NCBI GenBank assembly: GCA_965112735.1
Contig: OZ218954.1
Location: forward strand, 2,232,001-2,296,000
Source: Phaeosaccion multiseriatum
Lineage: Eukaryota; Protista; Ochrophyta, other classes
Direction of reading: 5' to 3'
Length of the DNA stretch: 64,000 nucleotides
How positions within the stretch are numbered: the first letter of the stretch is position 1; every line of letters begins with the position of its first letter. The notes beneath the pieces were generated by a model, which was not told the origin of the DNA, made no database searches, and saw only the letters and a program-made list of their open reading frames with translations. This document shows, piece after piece, positions 50,301-61,500 of this stretch. Both the position numbers and the translations under genes were made by a program.

Positions 50301-52855
50301 GTCTATGAGAGTCTGGAAAAAGCACGCCCACGCATCCCCGAAGACGAACTTGTTTATGACGGACGACCAGAAGGCGAGCTGGACGAGGCAAGATCCTGCT
50401 GTATCGGCTTTTACTCGCATCATTTTATCGGCCTACAGCCGGTGGCAGAACAAGAGGGAGCTTTGGGTCCGCTACCTATGGAGGTCGATAGTGATGGCGG
50501 TGATGGTGGTGGTGGTGGTGGTGGTGGTGGTGGTGGTGGTGGTGGTGGTGGTGGTGGTGGTGGTGGTGGTGGTGGTGATGGTGATGGCGGTGATGGTGAA
50601 CGACGAGTGTATGGGATGAGGTCAGCGACAACCAAGAGACCCCGAAGAGGAGGGGGAGGAGGAGGGGGGGGATTCAATGGATACCGTCCTCCTCCTCCTC
50701 CTCCTCAGCTGAGGGAGTGGATCCTCCCAGCGGAGGCTTCGATGCGTAGTGGAGGAGCAGCAGCAGCAGCAGCAGCAGGAGGGGCAGCAGCAGCAGCAGC
50801 AGGGGGAGGGGGGGGAGCAGGAGGGGGAGCAGGAGGGGGGGGAGGAGGAGGAAGAGGAAGAGGAAGGGGAAGAGGAGGAGGAAGAGGAGGAGGGGGAGCA
50901 GGAGGAGGAGGAGGAGGAAGAGGAGGAGGGGGAGGAGGAGGAGGAGGAGCAGGAGGGGGAGCAGGAGGAGGAGGAGGAGGAGGAGGAGGAGGAGGAGGAG
51001 GAGGAGGAGGAAGAGGAGGAGGGGGAGGAGGAGGGGGAGCAGGAGGGGGAGCAGGAGGGGGAGCAGGAGGGGGAGCAGGAGGAGGAGGAGGAGGAGGAGG
51101 AGCAGGAGGAGACGATGACGAGGACAGGATAGCGGCGTGGAAGGTAAGGAGGATCGGAGAGGCTGGGCAGGAGTGGAGGCATGCGCACTTTTTTTTTTTG
51201 ATCCTAACGAGGCGCTCTCTCTCGCTCTCCCTCTCTCTCCATCTCTTTCTCCCTCCCTCCCTCCCTCCATCCATCCCTCCATCCCTCCATCCCTCCATCC
51301 CTCCATCCCTCCCTCCATCTGCCTCTCTCCCCTTTCTTTCTCTCCTTCTTCCTCCCCTCTCTCTGTCTCCTCTCTCTCTCTGAGGAGGAGGATGAGGAGG
51401 AGGATGAGGAGGAGGAGGAGGAGGAGGAGGAGGAGGAGGATGAGGATGAGGAGGGGGTGAGGACAGCGACGACATTTGCCGGAGGAGGAGGAGGAGGACG
51501 GGGTGGTGGTGGTGGTGGTGGTGGTGGTGGTGGGGAGAAGGACGAGGAGGAGGAGGAGGAGGAGGAGGAGGAGGAGGAGGAGGAGGGGGAGGAGGAGGAG
51601 GAGGAGGGGGCGGGGGGGGGAGGAGGAAGAGGTGGGCGAGCTTCTGGGAGGAGGTCAGTGACCCCACCCCCACGCCCCAGGAAGAGAGCCCGAGGAGGAG
51701 GAGGAGGAGGAGGAGGAGGAGGAGGAGGAGGAGCAGGAGGAGGAGGAGGCGGAGGCGGAGGCGGAGGAAGAGGTGGGCCTGACGAGGACTCTGACATTGG
51801 GGAGGAGGAGGAGGGGGGTACTACGGCGACGTGGAGTCCGAAGGTGAGGAGGAGTAAAGACGAGGCACGCAAGCTTGCTTCTGTTTCTTTCCCCCCGTCC
51901 CTGCCACGCCCATTGCTTGGTTATTTTTTTTTTGTTCTTACTTTGACCGCCCTTCTCGCTCTCCCCAACAACAGGGGCCCGCCAGCCGATCCACGAGGGC
52001 AAGGAAGCGCAAGGCTTCGTCCAGCGGCATTGGTAGCTCCTCTGAGCAGTATGGGGCAGCCCCTTGCGACGAAGAGTGCAAGAAAGGCAGGGGTCAGCAG
52101 GGCAGCAAGAAGGTGAGAGCTTCAAATGTCGCATGTTCAAGAACATTTTTCAAAGCGGAACGCGACGACCTGTGATTTTTGTGTATCACCAAACGCCCCT
52201 AACTCAGTCCTAACTCAGGATAACTCAGTCCTAACTCAGTTTTGCCACCTTCGGATGAGGCCATGACAAAAGCGGAGGCTAACTCAGTTTTGCCCCCCCA
52301 CTTACATCAGATTTGCCTCCCAACTAACTCAGATTGGACCCTTTTCCCAGCTTTGTAACTGCTTTACTTCTTCTAACCCCTTCCTCTCTCTCTCTCTCTC
52401 TATCTCTCCCCTCATTCTATCCTCTCTCCTCTGTTCTTCTTCTCTTTCCTCTCTCTCCCTCGTGCGTCTCTCTCAGGATGCGGCTGCTGCTCCTGCTGCG
52501 GCTGCTGCTGGTGCTGGTGCTGGTGCTGTTCGTGAAGGCAAATGCTCGCGCGGAAGGGTAAGTCCGACTTCGTCTCTTTCTCTCTCTGCCTCGCCTCGCT
52601 CTTCTCTCCACCCCTCTCTATTGCTCCATCACCTACCCTCTCTGCCTCTCTCTTTCCCCCCTGTGCTAATGGCTTAGGGGGCTCAACTAGCACTAGATCT
52701 GGAGTATTGGTCCCAGGCAATCCCTTCCCCTCTCCTCTCACCCCCGCGTGCCCTCGTCCCCTCTCCTGCCTCTCATGCCCTCTGCCTATATCCTCTCGCC
52801 TGTGGCACCTGCCTCATGGACGGCACCATCCTCATCATCATCATCATCACCATCC

Positions 52856-52915
<60 letters not shown>

Positions 52916-54075
52916 CCCAAACCAGGGTGTCGGCCGTACTGGTTCTCCTATGAGGAGCGATGTGCCACCCGGGACGCGCCAAGTGATCGTAAGTGGAAAC
53001 TTGAGCAATGAGCGATAAGAGTTGGGTGGGTGTGGAGTGATATTGTTGCTGGCTGGTGGAGTATCGACGTGCTATCGACCACATTCTCGATAGCATATAC
53101 TATCGGGCTCGTGCTATCAGTAGGTGCAGGTAGCAGATAGCATGTCAGGGAGCGCATCATGCACAGATGGCGCCGATATTCCCTTTTGTGCTTGCCTTGC
53201 TTCTTACAACCTCATTTACACCTTCCAACCTCACACAATGTGGCTGCGCAGAGTGAGGCAAAACAGCACGAACTTCAGCAGGGCGGAACGGAGGCGGACG
53301 AAGTCATTCTCGACCAGGGAGTGCGATGGCTTCGCGACGAGTTCCGCAACACCGACGGGGACAACACCCGCCAAATACTATTCCTCAACAACACCTTCAG
53401 TCTTGGCGCGAAGATGCAAGATGGCATGCAGCTGATGGAGAGTGCTGTTTGCGACGCCTCCTATGGGACCTTTTCGGCGATGTGGCCCTTCCAGGCCCAC
53501 AACGGCCATGCTCTCTCCCTCTTGGTGGTTTCGCGCGATGCGCACTTTTTTCTCGGCGTCATTGACCAACAAGGTCGCCGCATCATACTGCTTGAGACCC
53601 TCCGACCCACCCACGCCGAGCCAGTGGATAAAGCCGCCATTGAAAGCCAATATGATGAGGTGGGACGAGGATTGCGCGCTCAGGCTGAACGCGCCGGCGG
53701 AGGAAAGTGGACTCTGCAAATCCGCCATTCAGCTGTGGAGGACCCATCTCCACGTTGGGTGGAGCAGATCTTCCTCTCCCAAGACTGTCATGTCATGGTG
53801 TTGGAGGCAATGAGGCGTATAGCGGTGGCTTGGCGGGCCGGGCCAAGCCCCCCTGACATGGACGGGATGCTCGAAGAAGTGCGGGAAGCCATGGCTGGAG
53901 AGCTCAAGGGGTGTGACACCTGCTGGGCTGGTGGCCGGGAGACCTGGGCTGGTCGACTGCGCTGCCCGCCCAATGCCGAGGAGCAGCAAGGGGGGGGGGG
54001 GGGAGGCAAACGGCCTGCCGGGGGGGGAAAGGGCAGAATGGCGTCCACCAAGGCGAAAGGCAACAAGGTGAGCCC

Positions 54076-54123
<48 letters not shown>

Positions 54124-57100
54124 AGGAGATGACGAGTATCTGCCATCGAGTAGTGAGGAGGAGGGTGAGGAGGCGGACGCGGAGGAGAAGGAAGTGGGGC
54201 AGGGAGGAAAGAGAAGGAGCAGCAGGCTTGGGCTAAGGGCAGGTGGGCGGCAGCTGGCGGAACGGGTCAACCCCGCGGAGAGGGTGGAAGCAGCGTCTCC
54301 AGAAGATACCGACCCTCATGAGGGAGGAGGAAGAGGAGGAGAGGAGGAGGAGTGGATACCGGCGGGAGGCAGGAAGAAGAAGAAGACGAAGAAGAAGAAT
54401 AAGAAGAAGAGCAGGAACAGCAGCGCCGAGGCAGAGACGCAGCAACCGGCTTCTCAGGGAGGAGGAGGGGGGGGATTCAATGGATACCGTCCTCCTCCTC
54501 CTCCTCCTCAGCTGAGGGAGTGGATCCTCCCAGCGGAGGCTCCGACGCGTAGTGGAGGAGCAGCAGCAGCAGCAGCAGCAGGAGGGGCAGCAGCAGCAGC
54601 AGCAGGGGGAGGGGGGGGAGCAGGAGGGGGAGCAGGAGGGGGGGGAGGAGGAGGAAGAGGAAGAGGAAGGGGAAGAGGAGGAGGAAGAGGGGGAGCAGGA
54701 GGAGGAGGAGGAGGAAGAGGAGGAGGGGGAGGAGGAGGAGGAGGAGGAGGAGGAGGAGGAGGAGGAGGAGGAGGAGCAGGAGGAGACGATGACGAGGACA
54801 GGATAGCGGCGTGGAAGGTAAGGAGGATCGGAGAGGCTGGGCAGGAGTGGAGGCATGCGCACCTTTTTTTTTTTATCCTAACGAGGCGCTCTCTCTCGCT
54901 CTCCCTCTCTCTCCATCTCTTTCTCCCTCCCTCCCTCCATCCATCCCTCCATCCCTCCATCTCTCCATCCCTCCATCCCTCCCTCCATCTGCCTCTCTCC
55001 CCTTTCTTTCTCTCCTTCTTCCTCCCCTCTCTCTGTCTCCTCTCTCTCTCTGAGGAGGAGGATTATGAGGAGGAGGAGGAGGAGGAGGAGGAGGAGGAGG
55101 AGGATGAGGATGAGGATGAGGATGAGGAGGGGGTGAGGACAGCGACGACATTTGCCGGAGGAGGAGGTGGTGATGGAGCTTGTGTGAGGACAAGGTCAGC
55201 GACCGCCGCCCTACGTACACGCGTATCATCAGGGCGGGCGGGGACGAAAGAAGGCCCGGCAAGAGAGAGTGGTACGAGGACTGCCACAAAGGCCAAGGCA
55301 GGGACGGGGCCTGCGGGGCGAGGGAAAGGAAAGGTGAGCAATGCCGTTGATGCTACTCCCACGGTTGCACGGAAATTTTCCTACTGACACAGTAGTTATC
55401 CTATACCATCTCTCTGTTGCAGGCCAAGGACGGTGGGGGCAAGCCGCTTTACCAGCTCTTCACCCAATCGTGTGAGGGGAAGGCCATGTTGAAGGAGGCC
55501 GAGGCAGAGAACAAGGGGAGCTCCAGATACTGGAGGAAGAACTGCTTCCGCAAATGGTTGCAGAGAGAGGGGGGGGCAGAAGGGGCAGAATCGGACACCG
55601 TGAAGGCCAAGCACAAGGAATGGCAACGAGCGGTGGACCAGAAGGCGCGGCAGAAGGAGGAGGTGAGAAATCGAATGTGTACTTCGAAGTACGTTCTTTC
55701 CCCCCCACAACTGACAAATGACGATCCGGATTCCAACACGCCAAGCACCCCCTCGCTCACCCTTTGGCCGCCTCCCTCTCCGCTCCTATTGTCTTCTTGT
55801 CGTATCTTCTTGTCATAGAGGGCCGCAGAGAAGGCTGAGGGGCAAAAGGCTGGCGTTCGGTCAGCTATAAAGGCGCTTAGTCCTTTCTTCCCCGGCGCGT
55901 TCTCGACAAGGCCGAGGAAGCGCAGTCGAGCCAAGGCGAGAACGCGAGCGACGACGACACGGCCACATGATGTGCGTCAGACCTATGCCCGGCTGGAGGT
56001 AGACCAGCGTTGCCTGTCTGTGCTCTTGACCCCTCTGTACCACAAGGTCAAGAAGTTTGCTCACCAACACTCTGAGTTTCTGGGCCAGGGGAGCGGCATG
56101 CTCCTTATTCCGGAGTGCCGATCGACCAAGGCGGCAGAAGTGAGGCTACGAATTGTCCTGGTCGGCGAGATGAAGACTGGAGACGACGGAAAGTGTGTGA
56201 CTCTCTCTGATTTTGAGGCACCTGGGGGCAACGATCGAGTCGAGTCGTTCACCATGCTCGGTGAGGAGGAGGGCAAGGAGATGGCCGACGCCCTCTGGGA
56301 GGGCCTGGGCGGGGGGGTGGATACAGACAAGCGCAAGTGCATTGCCCTTATGAGAGGCAGGCACAACAATCTGCTGTTCGAGGTGCTCGTGGTGCCCAAC
56401 AGCGCTGTGGATGCCTGGTGTGCGGCCGACCTACCCCCGCCTCAGGAGCAGCAGCCGCAGCAGCAGCAGCAGCAGGAGCCGCCGCAGCAGCAGCAGCAGC
56501 AGCAGCAGAGAGAGAAGAACAAGAGCAAGAAGCGCGGGGGGCCGACGCTGCTTTCGAGGCCTGACGTGTCCGCGCCTGAGCAGCAGCAGGAGCAGCAGCA
56601 GGAGCAGGAGCAGGAGCAGCAGCAGCAGCAGCAGCAGGAGCAGCAGCAGGAGGAGGGCGGGGGGCGGGAACTGCGTCCGACGGTGCTGGATGAGAAGGTT
56701 CCGTGGAAGGACGGTGTGGTGGATCTGTCCAGGCGTGTGTATTCTGAGGCTGTGAAGGCGAAGGAACCGGGGCAGAACCACAGTGCCATAGCAGCGGGGG
56801 CCTACAACGTCACCAGAGAGGAGTGGCTTGTGGCAAGACGGAGTGGACCGGCCAGAGCTGATGTGTCCAGCTGTTTGCACGGAGTCACTGTAGGTGCTCA
56901 TGCCGAGCCGGAGCTACTCGAGTGCATTGAGAAGCGGCACGGGTGGACTGGTGAGGATGAGCTCATACTGGTCATCTCGACCCTCCCCTGCATCGGTTGT
57001 GCCCGGCTACTGGCAGAGCGGAAGAGACAAGGACGCCTGAACTGCAGCGTCATCTTCGTTGGCGACTCCCGCCCTGTCCTGGGGGAGGGGAGGAGCATCC

Positions 57101-58504
57101 TCACGGACGCTGGCCTTGAGGTGAGCATTTGATTTGAGCGAAGGGCACGGCTGGAACAGGGGCATATGGGCAGGCAGGCAGGCAGGCAGGCATATGGGCA
57201 GGCATATGGGCAGGCAGGCAGAGAGGCATATGGGCAGGCAGAGAGGGAGGCAGGCAGGCAGGCAGGCAGGCAGGCATATGGGCAGGCATATGGGCAGGCA
57301 GGCAGGCATATGGGCAGGCAGGCAGACACGACGGAGCCGATGCAGAATCCACACCTTACCTTTTCTTCAACCTTCTTCTCGCTTGGCATGGTCAGGTCAA
57401 AGAGGATAGCCTCTTCTGCTCCAACCTGCTTCCGCGCTTGAGGAGGGTCAAGGTGGTGCTCGAGAACAAGCACGTGTTAGCCACTTTCGCGGGGGGTCAA
57501 GGTCACTGGCGAACGTGGCATAACACCACTCTTATTGTCCTGGTGGAGCCGACGGCGGAGGGAGACAAGCAAGACCTGCTGCTTCGGTGCCTCCTCCTCA
57601 AGCTTGCCGCCGACCCATGGCGTTATTTGCGCCAGACTAGGAGACCTATGCAGCTCGCGGCGCATCGTCGGGCTTGCGCGGCTCGCGAGGACTGCAAGGA
57701 GGGCAAAGGGAAGGTGTCCATGTTGGCTGTTGGGAAAGACGTGTTGGCTCTTCGGGAGGGGATGCACATTCCAGACGTGTGTGCCCGTGCCTGGGCGAAG
57801 GAGTCGATGCCCCTGTGTCGCGATGGTGCCGAAGTCTCGGGCTTCAAGCCGGTCGTCCTGACGGCGGAGAAGCCCGAGAAATGGAAGCACTACGGCCAGC
57901 GCCTCAAGTTGAATGTGCCCTTCCCTAGCGACCGTGTCTCGGGGGCTGGTGTGGAGCGGAATGATGCCATTATGGCATCAACGCAAGTGAGGGAGGACAG
58001 GCAGAAGAACAAGCTACGAAGGCGCGAGAGGGCGGCGCAGCAGAATCGGCGGGTGATGCAGCAATTCCGCTCCAACATGTATAGTTTCCTCCCGACAGGG
58101 GATGATGATGGTGAGGCCGGCGCCACAGTGTTGCGAAACGCTCGGCTTGCCCCTATGCGGATGGCCGAGGAGAACAAGAGGAAGGAGGAAGCGGCAGCTG
58201 CTGCAGCAGCAAAGAGGAAGAAGGAAGCGGCAGCAAAGAGGAAGACAGGTGGAAAGGCGAAGGAGAAGAAGAGCAGAAGTACAATATCTGTGATTGTCCA
58301 GCAGCAGCCAGCGCTGTTGAGTGTGCTGAGGGGAGGAGCTGCGAGTCGAGGGGTGGCACAGAGTGCCTTCAACGACATGGCTTTGCTGAAGGATCTGGTC
58401 GCGTGCGTTCCTCGCTTCCTCCTGGACAATGGGATGCTACAACACCGAGAGGACACCACCATCCAGGGGGAGGTTTTTGATGCTCAAGGGAGGGCCAAGG
58501 AGCC

Positions 58505-58583
<79 letters not shown>

Positions 58584-61500
58584 GGCGGCAGCTGCTGGTC
58601 GGAGCTGTGCAAACTCTGGGGGCACTTTAGTGCTAAGCTCGAGCCGTGGTGGGGCGTGGGGAATGAAATCTCATTCACGGCTGAGGACTCGGCTGAGGAG
58701 GCGCAGCAAGTCTTCACGTTGATCAAGCAGTTGATGCGGATGGATCCCTACCTCATTGTGTCAATGGTCAAATCGGGGGGCAGCTCCAACCGTGCCTCCT
58801 TTCTGGCCGGGGCTAAGAGACTTGAAGCACTCTTGGGGCTCTGGCGCGATGACGAGTTGGAGGGTCTGCGCCTGCCCCGCAAGTTTAGCCTGGAGTCACC
58901 ACAGACCTACGGGGGCGCGAAGAAGCGATTCAACGCGTGCTTGGGGGTGTTGGTGAAGCTTGGCGCGACAAGTGAGGCATGCCAAGGCGTGCTTGGCGTT
59001 TGGGCGGCGCAGGGGGTGACTGGCCATGAGAAGGAGCGGTTGCCCAGGCCTCCGTCCAAGACGGAGAAGAAGAAAAACCGCCAGGCCAAGAAGAAGCGGG
59101 AGGAGGAAGAGGGGTGGCAGGAGAGGAAGGAGGACACGGCGAGGATGCGCGGGGGAAGCTCGCAAGCAAGCGCTGATGTCAGTGCCAAGAGGACGCGGGT
59201 GTCGAAGCAGCTAGGGGGAAAGGGGGGGGGGGGGTGGACGGCCTCTCTTTCGTGGCATACCGACGATAGCCTTGACACGCAGCTGAGGAGCCTCATGGCG
59301 CCGCTCCTGTTACAGGAGAGGTATCGAGGGCATGAGGAGGCGGCGGTGGAGGAGGCCAAGTTGCTGCTGCAGTCTGCAAAGGCGGAGAAGATTCCCTGGA
59401 TGACCGTCTACGGGAGCGGGGGGTCGGAGACAAGGGGACGACCGCCCCCTATCCGCGAGCAGGCTCATGTAGCTTTTGCGGCCAATCTTTACTCCTTCAT
59501 CACGCAAGGGAGACGAGGACGCTGCGTGCTGGTGAGTGGCTGAGTGGGAGGGGAGGGGAAAGGGAGGAGAGAGGGAGCCCACGCTCTGGTATATCACCAG
59601 GGACAGATGAGGCCTAAAATGGAATACCCCCCTCCAAATGTCGACGATGGTCCGAATTCCAACATGTGTGCCACGGCTCTTCTTGTACCTGCTGCATCTG
59701 ACGCTGCCAACTCACACGCCTTTGCCTGCCCCTCTTCTCAGATGCAAAAGGGCTTTCTAGATGAGTTGGCCCTCTACATGTCGAGAGCCGAGTTTGTGCC
59801 CTCCCTCACGTACAAATACGCCGGCTCCAAGGAAGGGCCCACCACGGCAGAGGAGTTCCGAGGACGGCAGGCTGGACGGCAGCTCCCAAGTCCTTTGACT
59901 CTTCTCGGGGATGTCAAGGCACAGGTCAAGAAGCTCAGCGTCGTCCGACGACGACCTGTCGCGGAAGAGATTGCCATTCTCGCTGTGGAGGCTCACAAGG
60001 CAGTCCACGGCCCGGAGGGCCAAGATAACTACCGTGAGACCTACCAGCACATGGCGGCCTCTGGGGCCCTAACATACGCCCAATCAGCGGAGTATGAGAC
60101 AGACGATCAGCGGAAGCTTGTGCTGGACGCTGCAACAACTGCTGGTTTTATGGCAGCGAGAGGAGGGGAGGAAGCAAAGCAGGTGCTGGAAGCTGCGCGC
60201 GGGCTCGTGAAGTGGTGCGTCGATCTGGGGAGGGGGTCGGGAGGGGAGCCACTGAGGAAGAGCCGGGGCCTCCAGAGCATTCTGTTGAGCAGAAGGCTCA
60301 GGAGCAGCAGGAGAGAGTTCAGAGCGCATACTCCACTCTTGCCAGGCAGGACAGTTGGCAGGGGCTGACGAGCGGCCCGGTGTTTGAGGCCCGCCTTGCC
60401 GCTCTTGTCGTCACACAACATGTCGGAGAGACTACACTCGCCAACACAGAGACTACACTCAGCTACGTGTATGGCGGCGACAAGTGCAGGGCAAAGGCTG
60501 CGGCGGAGATCCTTACCATGGCTCTACAGCATGCCGAGCTTGGCACTGAGCAAGCGTCTGTGGACACAATCAAAGAGCGTTGTCTCCAGCCTCCGTCGAG
60601 GCGCTTTCTCACCCCATCCGTTAACAGGCAGATCGACGCGATGCAGACACACGTTGGGGTTGGGCGATTCCGTGGGGAGCGCGGCGCAGTGGAGCGTGGG
60701 GAGAGGCAGGTGCATAGCACCGAATACTTCAAGGCAGGGTGTTGTGGGCACCTCAACCCGGGCGAGTTTGGGCTGCAGTACCGGAACTTTGGGGTGACCG
60801 TTGGAGGGGGTGAAGCCATCCTCGTCAATAACGGAGCCCGATGGATCGAGAGGGTGACCGTGTGCGTCACGGCGGGGCACACTCTGACCCTGTTCGACCA
60901 GACAGGGAAGCCCTCGCGGCGCCTTTGGCGGGAGCCAGCCCACCAGGCGGATGGGGGGACGTCGGTGCAGCCAGCGTGGCTTTGTGTGACGGGGCCCGTT
61001 CTAGGGGACTGCGCCCATGGTACATCGCTCCATCTCCAGTTTGAGGAACCCCAACGAGCTGTTCCGCACATGGAAGTGCATGGGGGGGAGAGGGGGGAGA
61101 AGGAGGAGTTGGAGCAGTACTGCAAGCTCCGCCGTGAGAGGCCTGGGGGAGCGGGTGGGGGTGGGAGAGGGGGGGAGGGAGGGGTGGGGGAGGGGGGGAG
61201 CGAGGGAGGGAGCGAGGGAGGGAGCGAGGGAGCGAGGGAGGGAGAGAGAGAGGGAGAGAGAGAGGGAGAGAGGGAGGGAGGGAGGGAGGGAGGGAGGGAG
61301 AGAGGGAGGAAGAGAGGGAGGGAGGGAGGGAGGGAGGGAGGGAGGGAGAGAGGGAGGAAGAGAGGGAGGGAGCGAGGGAGGGAGGGAGCGAGGGAGCGAG
61401 GGAGCGAGGGAGGGAGGGGGCGAGGGAGCGAGGGAGGGAGGGAGGGAGGGAGCGAGGGAGGGAGGGGGCGAGGGAGCGAGGGAGGGAGGGAGGAAGGGGC

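Larger units (their letters stand above)
50655..55166 (+). repeat. Internal direct duplication: copy 1 ~50655-51492, copy 2 ~54458-55166
   Basis: Near-identical FNGYRPPPPPPQLREWILPAEA..DDDEDRIAAWK, intron and EEE..VRTATTFAGG in both copies, including the intron sequence. Confidence 0.92.

Noticed and set aside
60200-60370. Apparent frameshift between ORFs 59544-60368 and 60212-61912
   Set aside because: A GT-AG intron 60215-60345 with a pyrimidine tract joins the two frames cleanly.
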